Shown piece by piece: positions 25,303-36,437 of a stretch of DNA of 64,000 nt (the stretch's first letter is position 1; every line of letters begins with the position of its first letter). Made by a program: the position numbers and the translations under genes. A model generated the notes under the pieces. It was given only the letters and a program-made list of their open reading frames with translations, did not search any database and was not told the origin of the DNA. This stretch comes from an uncultured Spirochaetaceae bacterium (lineage in GTDB: Bacteria; Myxococcota_A; UBA9160; UBA4427): the NCBI GenBank assembly GCA_964488255.1, contig CAZAUR010000015.1, positions 6,598 through 70,597 on the forward strand, written 5' to 3'.

Positions 25303-27090
25303 ATGGATTCGCCTAGCGAACGAGACAGAGAACGAAGAGGCGGACAGCGTCCGGCCGGCAACCGGCCGAACGTGATGCCCCACGAACGATATCAGCCCTT
25401 CGTGCGCTTCGATCTGCCGGATCGGACCTGGCCCGAGCGCGTGCTCGAGCGAGCGCCGCGCTGGTGCAGCGTCGACCTTCGGGACGGGAACCAGGCGCTC
25501 GTCGAGCCGATGGGCTGGGAGCGCAAGATCCGCCTCTTCGAGTCCCTGGTGGCGGCGGGCTTCCGCGAGATCGAGGTGGGCTTCCCGGCCGCGTCGCAGA
25601 CCGACTTCGACTTCGTCCGCCGGTTGATCGACGAGGAGCGGATCCCCGAGGACGTGACGCTCCAGGTCCTGGTGCAGTGTCGCGAGGATCTGATCGAGCG
25701 CACCTTCGAGGCGATCGAGGGCGCGCCCGCGTCCATCGTGCACTTCTACAACTCGACGTCGCCGATCCAGCGCCGAGTCGTCTTCCGGGAGGACCGCGCG
25801 GGGATCACGAAGATCGCCGTCGACGCGGCCAGGCGCGTGAAGGCCGCGGCGGACGCGCGCCCGAACGACGACATCCGCTTCGAGTACTCCCCGGAGAGCT
25901 ACTCGTCGACGGAGCTCGAGTATGCGGTCGAGATCAGCGAGGCGGTGATGGACGTGATCGAGCCCGATCACGCGCGGCCCGTGATCCTGAACCTGCCGGC
26001 GACGGTCGAGGTCGCGACGCCGAACGTCTACGCGGACTCGATCGAGCTCTTCTGTCGCAGTCTGACGGATCGCAACGCGGCGATCGTGAGCGTGCACCCC
26101 CACAACGATCGAGGGTGCGCGGTCGCCGCCGCCGAGCTCGGTCTGCTGGCGGGTGCGGATCGTGTCGAAGGGACGTTGTTCGGCAACGGAGAGCGGACCG
26201 GGAACGTGGACGTGGTGACGCTGGCGCTCAACCTGATGAGCCAGGGTGTCGACCCGGAGCTCGACTTCCGGGATCTGCCCGCACTGGTCCGGAAGGTCGA
26301 GCACGCGAACCGGCTGCCGGTGCATCCCCGGCATCCCTACGCCGGGGAGCTGGTCTACACGGCGTTCTCCGGCTCCCATCAAGACGCGATCCGCAAGGGC
26401 CTCGCGGCACAGCGAGAGGACCAGGCGCCGCATTGGGCGGTGCCGTACCTGCCGGTGGATCCGGCCCACGTCGGTCGCAGCTACGAGGCAGTGATCCGGA
26501 TCAACTCGCAGTCGGGCAAGGGCGGCGTCGCCTACGTCCTCGAGACCGAGCACGGCTACGCGCTGCCCCGGCGGATGCAGATCGATTTCTCGAAGATCGT
26601 GCAGGCCTGGGCCGACGCGAATGAAGAGGAGCTCGTGAGCGAGCGCGTCCGCACGCTCTTCGAGCGCACCTACGTCGACGTGGAGGGCGGACCCCGGCTG
26701 GTCGGCGAGCGCTCGATCGCGAGTCGGGACGGCAGCCAGGACGAGGTGAACGCGATCCTCGGTTGGGGCCCGGCGCGGATTCCGGTCTCGGCCACGGGCA
26801 CCGGGCCGATCGACGCCTTCGTGGCAGCGCTCGGCGCGGCGCTCGGGGTCCCGCTGCGCATCGGCGACTACCACGAGCACGCGCTCGGCGCGGGCGCCGG
26901 GGCGACGGCGGTCGCCTACGTCGAGGTGGTGTTCGGTGCGGATCGGCGGCTCTTCGGCGCCGGACGGGCGCCGAGCATCGTCGACGCGAGCTTCGAGGCG
27001 GTGCTCTCGGCGGTCGCCCGGGCGGTCGAACGGGGCTGGGTCGACGTGCCGGAGGGGGTCGGCATTCGAGCCGGCATGGCGACGGCTTGA
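25303..27090 (+). CDS. leuA: 2-isopropylmalate synthase, long (LeuA type 2) form
   Basis: SD AGGAGAGG lies 5 nt before ATG 25303. Contains RTWPERVLERAPRWCSVDLRDGNQAL...EIEVGFPAASQTDFDFVRRLI...HFYNSTSPIQRRVVF...HPHNDRG, plus the C-terminal regulatory domain. Confidence 0.94.
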   Translation: MDSPSERDRERRGGQRPAGNRPNVMPHERYQPFVRFDLPDRTWPERVLERAPRWCSVDLRDGNQALVEPMGWERKIRLFESLVAAGFREIEVGFPAASQTDFDFVRRLIDEERIPEDVTLQVLVQCREDLIERTFEAIEGAPASIVHFYNSTSPIQRRVVFREDRAGITKIAVDAARRVKAAADARPNDDIRFEYSPESYSSTELEYAVEISEAVMDVIEPDHARPVILNLPATVEVATPNVYADSIELFCRSLTDRNAAIVSVHPHNDRGCAVAAAELGLLAGADRVEGTLFGNGERTGNVDVVTLALNLMSQGVDPELDFRDLPALVRKVEHANRLPVHPRHPYAGELVYTAFSGSHQDAIRKGLAAQREDQAPHWAVPYLPVDPAHVGRSYEAVIRINSQSGKGGVAYVLETEHGYALPRRMQIDFSKIVQAWADANEEELVSERVRTLFERTYVDVEGGPRLVGERSIASRDGSQDEVNAILGWGPARIPVSATGTGPIDAFVAALGAALGVPLRIGDYHEHALGAGAGATAVAYVEVVFGADRRLFGAGRAPSIVDASFEAVLSAVARAVERGWVDVPEGVGIRAGMATA

Positions 27091-27096
27091 TTCGAG

Positions 27097-28458
27097 GTGC
27101 TCGGGCGGGCGCGTGACCGGATGTGTCGCGCGTCTGCCCTACACTCGCGTGAAAGCCGGTCCCACTGCGGAGATGCCTTGCCTGATTTCCGGTTCCTTCA
27201 CGCGGCCGACATCCACCTCGACAGTCCGATGCGCGGATTGGAGCGCTATCCGGACGCGCCGGTGGATGTCGTGCGGAACGCCCCGCGTCGAGCCTTCGAG
27301 AACCTGATCGAGTTCGCCCTGGACGAAGACGTTGCGTTCGTCCTGCTCGCGGGAGATCTCTACGACGGCGAATGGCGCGACTATCACACCGGGCTCTTCT
27401 TCGTTCGGCAGATGCGCCGCCTCGACGACGCCGGGATACCGGTCTTCCTGGTCTCGGGCAATCACGACGCGACGAGTCGGATCACCCGCCGACTCTCGCT
27501 GCCCGGAAACGTCAAGCACTTCCGGAGTGCTTCGCCCGAGACCGCGACGATCGAGGAACTCGGTGTCGCGATCCACGGACAGAGCTTCGCCGACCGGAGC
27601 GTCAGCGAGGACCTGTCGGCGGGCTATCCGTCGGCGGAGCCTGGGCGGCTCGACATTGGCCTGCTCCACACCTCACTCGACGGCCGAGAAGGGCACGCCG
27701 ACTATGCGCCTTGCACCCTCGCAGGACTGCAGAGCCGCGACTACGACTATTGGGCGCTCGGACACGTTCACGCACGAGAAGTCGTGAGTGATGCGCCCTG
27801 GGTGGTCTTCCCCGGGAATCTCCAGGGGCGACACGTGCGCGAGATCGGGGCCAAGGGCGCGAGTCTGGTTCGGGTCGAGGGCGGACGGATCGTCGACGTG
27901 AGCCACCGTTCGCTCGACGTCTTGCGGTGGGCGCACGTCCGGATCGACCTGGAGGATGCCGAGGACGGCGAAGGGGCCATCGAGCGCGCGCGAGAGTGCC
28001 TGGAGCTCGAAGCTGAGCGAGCGGAGGGCAGGCTCGTGGCTGCGCGTGTCGCCTTGTGCGGGAGAACGGCTGCTCACGCCGAGCTCACGGGTGATGTGGA
28101 GCGTTGGCAGACCGAGCTCCGCGAAGTCGCGTCGCGGATCGGGGGCGAAGGAGTCTGGATCGAGCGCATCTCCTTCGAGACCGCGAGTCCGGTCGACTTC
28201 GACTCCGTCGTAGGTCGTGGCGACGCGCTCGGTGAGATGTTGCAGCGGATCGTCGGTCTCGACGCCTCGCCACATCGTCTCGCCTCCCTCGGAGCCGAAT
28301 TCGCCCCACTCGCGAAGAAGCTGCCGGCCGCGGTCCGGGAGGGCTCTGGGAGCGAACCCGGCTTCGATCCCACTGATGAGAATACCTTGCGCGCGCTCCT
28401 GCCGGCGGCGCGTGCGCAGCTCCTATCGCGGCTGCTCGACGCGGGAGCGGACGATTGA
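27097..28458 (+). CDS. SbcD/Mre11-like metallophosphoesterase (YhaO/SbcF-type DNA repair exonuclease)
   Basis: Contains FRFLHAADIHLDSP, LLAGDLYDG and VSGNHD calcineurin-like phosphoesterase motifs. The true start is possibly the in-frame TTG at 27178, giving MPDFRFLHAADIHLD. Confidence 0.85.
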   Translation: MLGRARDRMCRASALHSRESRSHCGDALPDFRFLHAADIHLDSPMRGLERYPDAPVDVVRNAPRRAFENLIEFALDEDVAFVLLAGDLYDGEWRDYHTGLFFVRQMRRLDDAGIPVFLVSGNHDATSRITRRLSLPGNVKHFRSASPETATIEELGVAIHGQSFADRSVSEDLSAGYPSAEPGRLDIGLLHTSLDGREGHADYAPCTLAGLQSRDYDYWALGHVHAREVVSDAPWVVFPGNLQGRHVREIGAKGASLVRVEGGRIVDVSHRSLDVLRWAHVRIDLEDAEDGEGAIERARECLELEAERAEGRLVAARVALCGRTAAHAELTGDVERWQTELREVASRIGGEGVWIERISFETASPVDFDSVVGRGDALGEMLQRIVGLDASPHRLASLGAEFAPLAKKLPAAVREGSGSEPGFDPTDENTLRALLPAARAQLLSRLLDAGADD

Positions 28459-31400
28459 GGTTCCTCCAGCTGCATTTGCGCGCCTTCGGCGCCTTCGACG
28501 CGCCGGCACCCCTTGAGTTCCCGTCCCCCGGTGGGCCGGGACTCAGCGTGGTATACGGCGAGAACGAAGCGGGCAAGACGACCCTGCTTCGGGGAATCCG
28601 CGCGTTGCTCTATGGAATTCCGGCCCAGTCGGTCGACGGCTTCGTTCACGGCTACGGGGCGTTGCGGATCGCCGCGCGGCTGCGCTTCGATGACGGAGAG
28701 GAGATCGCCTTCACGCGACGCAAGCGAAACAAGGACCCGATCTTCGACCATGACGACGAGGAGCCCATCGCCGTGCCGCAACTCGCACGACTGGCCGCGG
28801 CGGTTCCCGAGTCCATGTTCGAACGATTCTACGGTCTGGATCCCGAGGAGCTGCGACGGGGCGTTCGCGCGCTCCGCGCGGATGACGGCGAGGTCGGGCG
28901 CGCGCTTTACGGCGCGAGTCTCGGGGTCTCCGACACGCGGGCCGTGCTCGAGGGTCTGGAAGCCGAAGCCGACCAGATCTTTCTGCCGCGCGCGAGCAAG
29001 CCTCGCCTGAATCAGGCTGTCGGCCTCTTTGAGTCGACCGCAAAGGCGCTCAAGCAGGAGCAGCTAGACCCCGACGTGTGGGCGGACCTCACGGAGCGGG
29101 TTCGGCAGCGCGCAGAGCACGTCACCGAACTCGAGCACGCTCTGCGCGAAGAGCGTACTCGGGCCGCCGGGCTGGACCGAGTCACGAGTGCGCTGCCACT
29201 GCTCGCACGCCGTCGAGGAATCCGTTCCCGGATGGAAGCGCGCGGCGAGGTTCCTGCTCTGCCCGACGACTTCGCGGAGCAAGTCGAGCGGCTGCGTGCG
29301 AGTAGACAGACGGCGGTTCAGCAGCGCCGAGACGCGAGCGATCGTATGAATCGGCACGAGGGTGAACGCGCGGCGCTAGTGCCGGACGAGGAGATTCTCG
29401 CGACACGCGAAGTCATCGAGGACCTGCACGCCGGCCTAGGGCGGGTCCGCGAGACGCTCGATCAGCTGCCCCGCCGCGAGGAGCAGCGGTCGGGCCTCGA
29501 CGCCACGATCGATATGCTGCTCGGCGCAGATGCCGAGCTCACACCGGATCGAATGGCCGGGCTCCGGGAAGCCTACGCCCAGGCGGCCCCCATTCGTGAG
29601 CGCGCCGCGCAGGGCGAGCGCTGTCTGGAGCGCGCACGGGCGGCGCTCGAAGCCGAAGAGGAGGCGGAGGCGGAACTTGAGCGGGCTCGCGCGACGACGG
29701 AGGCGGGAGTGAAGGCGAGGTCGTTCGAACCCGACGCGGTCTCGAGGCTCGAGGCCGCGACCGTGTCGGCCCGGGAACTCGGAGCGATCGATCAACGCGT
29801 CGAAGAGCTCGAGGCGCAATGCGCGAGCTTCGATGCGGAACTCGAGGTAGAGCGCGCCCGACTCGGGCTCGCCGGCTACGGTCTCGACGAGATCGAGTCG
29901 CTGGCGTGTCCCGCGCCCGACTGGATTGACACGATGACCAGCCGGTTCGGCGACCAGGAGGCTAGTCGCGCGCGGAACACCGAGCAGCTCGAGAAGCTTC
30001 GCGGTGAGAAGCGAAACGTCGTCGGGCGGCTCGACACGCTGCGGGCCGAGGGATCCGTACCGCGGATCGAGGATCTGGCGATCGAACGGGAGGCGCGCGA
30101 CGTCGCCTGGCAGCGCGTGCGAAGCGGCCTGCTGGAAGATCCATCGCGCCTCGGATCCGAGGAGCGCCGGGTCGCCGTCGACGACTTCGAGGAGCGCATC
30201 GCCGGAGCGGACGACGTTGCCGACCGACTGAGGGCCGATGCCGCGCGCGTTGCCGAACAGGCTGCCGGGGAAACGGCGGAGCGTCGACTGACGGGCGAGC
30301 TCGAAGAATACACGTCGCGGGCCACGGAGCTCGTCGCGGCCGGTGTGCTGCTCGAGAACGAGTGGAGCGCGGCCTGGGAATCAACGGGAGTCGAACCGAG
30401 AACTCCCGTTGAAATGAGGGGTTGGCGGCGCGACTTCGATGAGCACGTGAAGAAGCTCGGAGCCCGCCGCGATCTGCTCCGTCGCGTAGACATCGAGCGC
30501 TCCACCCGTGACGCCGCAAGCGACCGCCTGGTCGCCGTGCTTCGCAAACTGCCTGGGGGTGAAGTCTCGGCGACACGGCTATCGGAGCGCGTCGAAGCGG
30601 CCGAAGCCTGGGTTGTCCGGGCAAGGGAAGAGCTCGACTCGCTCGAGCGCGCACGCGAAGCCGAGTCGGCCGCGGCCGCCAGCCACGCTCGTGCGATGCG
30701 TGACCGTGAGCGTGCCGACCGAGCCGTCGGGGACTGGCGGCAGGGATGGGCGTCGACGCTCGACCTTCTGCGGTTGCCGACGGAAGCCAGCCCGGGTGAA
30801 GCCAACGCGCGGCTCGACGCGATAGGGCAGCTCGTCGAGCGCCTTCGGGAGCGCGAACAGCTCGAGGGGCGGATCACGAAGATGCGCGCGGACGTGGACG
30901 CGTTCGAGGCGCGGGCGGCGGCCGTCGTCGAGCGATCCGCGCCCGTGCTCGTCGGAAGGCCGGTGACAGAGCAGGTCGTGGCGCTGCATCGAGCACTCGG
31001 CGCGTCGCTCGAGCAACAGACGCTGCTCGGCAAGGCGGAGGCGGCGATCGTCGAAGCGCGCGAAGACCGCGACAAGGCCGCGGCGCGGCTTGCGCATGGG
31101 GACGAGGCGTTGGCGGCGCTCTGCAAGGTGGCGTCCGTCGAAGACGACGCGGGCCTCGACGACGCCATCCGACGCTGGACCGAGCTTCAGCACGATCGCA
31201 CTCGCCTCGCCGAAATCGAGGATGATCTCGCGGAGCTCGCCGGAGGTCGGTCGATCGAAGAGTTCGCCGAGGAGGCGGAGCAGCACGACACCGACTCGCT
31301 CGCGGCGACTGCTGCGGAAGTCGACGAGCGAATGGAACGCCTGACGGGCGAACTCCGAGAGGCCAGCGAGGAGCACCGGTCGGATCGCGACCGGCTCGAG

Positions 31401-31958
31401 GCATTGGATGGAAGCGCTCGCGCCGCGGAGCTGGCGATGCAAGCGGAGAGTCAGCTCGCCGCGGTCCGACGCGAAGCCCAGCGCTTCGTCGAGCTGCGGT
31501 TGGCGTCGCGCATCCTCTCCGAGGAGATCGATCGCTACCGGCGGGAGAACGAGGCGCCGTTGCTGCGGCGCGCGAGTCGGATCCTCGATGGACTGACGCA
31601 CGGCCGGTGGGTGCGTGTCGAGACGGACGTCGATCTCGCGAAGGGGGCGGTTCACCTCGTCGCCGTGGCCAAAGAAGGTGTCGAGAAGACGGTCGAGGGG
31701 CTCAGCAAGGGAACGCGTGATCAACTCTTTCTCGCGCTCCGGCTCGCGACCCTCGAACAGAGCCTGGAGGGCGCGGAGACGATGCCATTCATCGCGGACG
31801 ACCTGTTGGTGGAGTTCGATGACGCGCGGAGCACCGCCGCGCTGGAAGTGCTCGCCGAGCTGGGGCAGCACACACAGGTGCTTCTGTTGACGCACCACAG
31901 CCGCGTTGCCGAGCAGGCGCGCTCGCTCGGAGATCGCGCGCACGTGATCGAGATCTAG
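28455..31958 (+). CDS. SbcC/Rad50-like AAA ATPase with long coiled coil (YhaN/SbcE-type)
   Basis: 1167 aa. N-terminal Walker A is VYGENEAGKTTLLRGIRALLYG. About 800 aa of E/R/A/L-rich coiled coil follow. The C-terminus has LSKGTRDQLFLALRLA (signature-like) and PFIADDLLVEFDD (Walker B). 4-nt overlap with the upstream nuclease gene. Confidence 0.85.
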   Translation: MRFLQLHLRAFGAFDAPAPLEFPSPGGPGLSVVYGENEAGKTTLLRGIRALLYGIPAQSVDGFVHGYGALRIAARLRFDDGEEIAFTRRKRNKDPIFDHDDEEPIAVPQLARLAAAVPESMFERFYGLDPEELRRGVRALRADDGEVGRALYGASLGVSDTRAVLEGLEAEADQIFLPRASKPRLNQAVGLFESTAKALKQEQLDPDVWADLTERVRQRAEHVTELEHALREERTRAAGLDRVTSALPLLARRRGIRSRMEARGEVPALPDDFAEQVERLRASRQTAVQQRRDASDRMNRHEGERAALVPDEEILATREVIEDLHAGLGRVRETLDQLPRREEQRSGLDATIDMLLGADAELTPDRMAGLREAYAQAAPIRERAAQGERCLERARAALEAEEEAEAELERARATTEAGVKARSFEPDAVSRLEAATVSARELGAIDQRVEELEAQCASFDAELEVERARLGLAGYGLDEIESLACPAPDWIDTMTSRFGDQEASRARNTEQLEKLRGEKRNVVGRLDTLRAEGSVPRIEDLAIEREARDVAWQRVRSGLLEDPSRLGSEERRVAVDDFEERIAGADDVADRLRADAARVAEQAAGETAERRLTGELEEYTSRATELVAAGVLLENEWSAAWESTGVEPRTPVEMRGWRRDFDEHVKKLGARRDLLRRVDIERSTRDAASDRLVAVLRKLPGGEVSATRLSERVEAAEAWVVRAREELDSLERAREAESAAAASHARAMRDRERADRAVGDWRQGWASTLDLLRLPTEASPGEANARLDAIGQLVERLREREQLEGRITKMRADVDAFEARAAAVVERSAPVLVGRPVTEQVVALHRALGASLEQQTLLGKAEAAIVEAREDRDKAAARLAHGDEALAALCKVASVEDDAGLDDAIRRWTELQHDRTRLAEIEDDLAELAGGRSIEEFAEEAEQHDTDSLAATAAEVDERMERLTGELREASEEHRSDRDRLEALDGSARAAELAMQAESQLAAVRREAQRFVELRLASRILSEEIDRYRRENEAPLLRRASRILDGLTHGRWVRVETDVDLAKGAVHLVAVAKEGVEKTVEGLSKGTRDQLFLALRLATLEQSLEGAETMPFIADDLLVEFDDARSTAALEVLAELGQHTQVLLLTHHSRVAEQARSLGDRAHVIEI

Positions 31959-32024
31959 CCGCCAGCGTGGGGGCGCCCGCCGATGATTCCGCGCGCGCTC
32001 GTCGAATGAGCTAGAACCCGATCG

Positions 32025-33395
32025 ATGTCCTCTGCCGACCCCCGCGACCGCTTGCCCCGCGTCCTCGGGCTCGGCGACGCCTCCTTGCTGATCGTGGCGT
32101 CGGTCGTCGGGAGCGGGATCTTCTTCACGCCGGCGCAGGTGGCCGGGCTCCTGCCCGGCGCCGCGTGGATCCTCGCGGCCTGGATCGTCGGCGCCCTCAT
32201 CTCGCTCGCGGGGGCCTTCACGAACGCAGAGCTGGGCTCGATGTTCCCCCACGCAGGGGGCGACTACGTCTACCTGCGCGAGGGGCTCCACCCGGCGGCG
32301 GGCTTCCTCGTCGGTTGGCTCTCGTTCTTCGCCATCTATACCGGCACGATCGCCGCCCTCGCGGTCGTGTTCGCGGAATCCCTCGCACCCGCCCTCGGTC
32401 TCGAACGCCTCGGCGTGGTCGGGCTGTCGGCACTCGTGATCCTGATCTGCTCGCTACTGAACCTGCGCGGCACGCGTTGGGGCGCGTCCCTCAACAACCT
32501 GACGTCGGGCGCGAAGATCCTGGCCCTCGCCGTCTTCGTGCTGATCGGCCCTCTGCTCGGGGAGGGCAGCTTCGCACCGTGGCAAGCGGGCGCCGCCGGC
32601 GTCGCGGACGCTTCGCGCGGCGGCTGGCTGTCCTTCGGTCAGGCGCTCTCGCCGATCCTCTTCTCCTATCTCGGGTGGAACGCCTGCGTCTACGTGGCGA
32701 GCGAGATCGAGGACCCGACGCGCAACGTGCCTCGCTCGCTCTTCCTGGGGCTCGCGATCTGCACCGCGCTCTACGTGGCGGTCAACGTCGTCTACTTCTA
32801 TGCCCTCACGCCCGAGGACCTGCGTGGATCGGTCGACGCGGGCGAGGCGGCGGCGCGCTCGCTCTTCGGGCCGGTGGGCGCGCGATGGGCGTCGGCCTTC
32901 GTACTGGTTTCGGTCCTGGGCACCCTGAACGCGACGGTCCTGGTCGGACCGCGGATCGTGTACGCGATGGCCCTCGACGGCATGTTCCTTCGCCGGGCCG
33001 ATCGGGTGCACGAGGGCTTCCAGACGCCGTCCGGCGCGATCGGGGTCCAGGCGCTCGTGTCGATCGCGCTGGTCGTCTTCCTCGAGAGCTTTCCGCGGGC
33101 CCTCGACTTCACCGTGTTCGGGATCGTGCTCGCAACCTGCGCGGACACGGTCGCGCTCTTCGCCTTGCGGCTCCGCGATCCCGACCGTGCGCGGCCCTAT
33201 CGGGCGTGGGGCTATCCCTGGGTGCCGGGCGTCTACCTGGTCGTGAATCTGGCGATCGGAGGCGCGATCGCGGTCTCCCGCCCGGCCGAGGCGGCCGTCA
33301 CGTTGGGGCTGCTTGCCGGCGGTCTGCTGGTCTACGGCGTGCTGGCGCGGGGCGCCGGCGCCCGTCGCGGGCCCGAGAGCGGTGGCGGCGCCTGA
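32025..33395 (+). CDS. Amino acid/polyamine/organocation (APC) family permease
   Basis: 456 aa with about 12 hydrophobic segments. The N-terminus has ASVVGSGIFFTPAQVA and NAELGSMFPHAGGDYVYL, typical of APC transporters. Confidence 0.85.
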   Translation: MSSADPRDRLPRVLGLGDASLLIVASVVGSGIFFTPAQVAGLLPGAAWILAAWIVGALISLAGAFTNAELGSMFPHAGGDYVYLREGLHPAAGFLVGWLSFFAIYTGTIAALAVVFAESLAPALGLERLGVVGLSALVILICSLLNLRGTRWGASLNNLTSGAKILALAVFVLIGPLLGEGSFAPWQAGAAGVADASRGGWLSFGQALSPILFSYLGWNACVYVASEIEDPTRNVPRSLFLGLAICTALYVAVNVVYFYALTPEDLRGSVDAGEAAARSLFGPVGARWASAFVLVSVLGTLNATVLVGPRIVYAMALDGMFLRRADRVHEGFQTPSGAIGVQALVSIALVVFLESFPRALDFTVFGIVLATCADTVALFALRLRDPDRARPYRAWGYPWVPGVYLVVNLAIGGAIAVSRPAEAAVTLGLLAGGLLVYGVLARGAGARRGPESGGGA

Positions 33396-33847
33396 CCGGC
33401 CTCGAATCGCGGCCCGGCCGGTACCTCGGAAGCGATTTCTCCAGTAAGATCGGGCGACTCGAAGGGGTCCCACCCAAATGATCGACCGCTGCTCCCACGT
33501 CCGAACGCCTGCTCCGAACGCCGCCCGACTGCGGGCCGGTGGCGCGGCCACGTGCGCGACGACGCGGGCAGCTCGCTAGCCCGCTCTTTCCGGTTCTGGG
33601 GCTACCGGATCCGGGAGGATCGGGCCAGAAATGGTGGGCGGGCGAACGACGGGCAGGGCGATGCCCGCTCGGCACGCGCGGTCCGGCCCATCGGGTCGCC
33701 GTCGCTGAGGCCGCAGGCCCGAACGAAGCGTCGGCGAGCCGGGTCTCACTCCGCGGCCGCCGACGTGGCGGCGACCGACTCCGGCAGCACGGACCCCTCA
33801 AAGACAGACGCGATCCGCAAGCGGGTCGCGAACACGAGACGACCGAC

Positions 33848-35053
<1,206 letters not shown>

Positions 35054-35097
35054 GCTGCGCGGGGAAGCACAGATCCAGTCAACGTGAGGAGAACGAG

Positions 35098-36435
35098 ATG
35101 AGCGGGAACCAGGATGGCATCGGCGTCGGACTGATCGGCTTCGGCACGATCGGTACGGGCGTGGTCAAGGTGCTCCGGGACAACGCGGCGGAGATCGAAC
35201 AGCGGCTGGGCTTCCCGCTCCGGCTCGTTCGGATCGCGGATCTCGACCTCGACACTGATCGTGGCGTCGACCTCTCGGAGATCCAGTTCGACGCGGACGC
35301 GAGCGGTCTGATCGCCGACCCGAACGTCCATATCGTGATCGAGCTCGTCGGCGGCTACGACGTGCCCAAGAAGTTCATCCTCGAGGCGTTCGAGGCGGGC
35401 AAGCACGTCGTGACCGCGAACAAGGCGCTGCTCGCCATGTACGGTCGCGAGATCTTCGGTGCCGCGGCCAGCAACGGACTCGACATCGCGTTCGAGGCCG
35501 CGGTGGGCGGCGGCATCCCGATCCTGCGGTCGCTCCGCGAGGGCCTGGCGGCGAACCAGATCGAGACGGTGCTCGGGATCCTGAACGGCACGACCAACTA
35601 CGTGCTGACCGAAATGGAGTCGACCGGCGAGGACTTCGACGTCGTGCTCAAGCGCGCCCAGGAGCTGGGCTACGCCGAGGCGGACCCGACCTTCGACGTC
35701 GAGGGAATCGACGCCGCGCACAAGCTCGCGCTGCTCACGACCATGGCCTACGGCGCCGAGGTGGTCTTCGAGGAGATCCCGACCGAGGGCATCCGCGGGC
35801 TGCTTCCCCTCGACTTCGAGCTCGCGGACGAGTTCGGGTACAAGATCAAGCTGCTCGGCGTCGCGAAGTGCCACCGCACGGGGGACGGCACCGAACGGAT
35901 CGAGTCGCGGGTACATCCCACGATGGTCCCGAAGACGAGCATGCTCGCGAACGTCGACGGCGCGATGAACGCGGTCGAGGTGATCGGCAACGCGGTCGGC
36001 CCGACCCTCTACTACGGCGCCGGCGCCGGCGAGATGCCCACTGCGAGCGCGGTCGTCGGCGACCTGATCGAGATCGCCCGCGAGATCAAGCGCGGCGAAG
36101 CCGGTCCGGTCGCACCGCTCTCCTACCTGCCCCAGCACATCGTGCCGAAGGAGACCGTCCCGGACAGCGAGGTCCTCGGCCGCGCCTATCTCCGCTTCAC
36201 CGCGCGCGACGAGCCCGGCGTGCTCAGCAAGATCACCGGCGCCCTCGGTGAGGAGGGCGTCGGAATCGCCTCGGTCGTCCAGCGCGACACCGGCAACGGC
36301 GCGACGACGGTGCCCGTCATCGTGCTGACCCACACCGCGAGCGAAGCGGCACTGAACGCGGCGCTGGCCAAGATCGGAAACGTCGCGGAGGTGACCGAAG
36401 CGCCCCGCGTGATCCGCATCGAAGAGGAGGTGTAG
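35098..36435 (+). CDS. hom: Homoserine dehydrogenase
   Basis: Contains [12 protein letters not shown] (NAD-binding), ANKALLA and [14 protein letters not shown], plus a C-terminal ACT domain. Confidence 0.94.
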   Translation: MSGNQDGIGVGLIGFGTIGTGVVKVLRDNAAEIEQRLGFPLRLVRIADLDLDTDRGVDLSEIQFDADASGLIADPNVHIVIELVGGYDVPKKFILEAFEAGKHVVTANKALLAMYGREIFGAAASNGLDIAFEAAVGGGIPILRSLREGLAANQIETVLGILNGTTNYVLTEMESTGEDFDVVLKRAQELGYAEADPTFDVEGIDAAHKLALLTTMAYGAEVVFEEIPTEGIRGLLPLDFELADEFGYKIKLLGVAKCHRTGDGTERIESRVHPTMVPKTSMLANVDGAMNAVEVIGNAVGPTLYYGAGAGEMPTASAVVGDLIEIAREIKRGEAGPVAPLSYLPQHIVPKETVPDSEVLGRAYLRFTARDEPGVLSKITGALGEEGVGIASVVQRDTGNGATTVPVIVLTHTASEAALNAALAKIGNVAEVTEAPRVIRIEEEV

Positions 36436-36437
36436 CC

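Noticed and set aside
33700-33760. SRP (4.5S) RNA-like stretch GAGGCCGCAGGCCCGAACGAAGCGUCGGC
   Set aside because: Only a superficial resemblance to the helix-8 consensus (…GGUCCGGAAGGAAGCAGCC…). The GGAA tetraloop closing pairs and the AGCA motif are not present.
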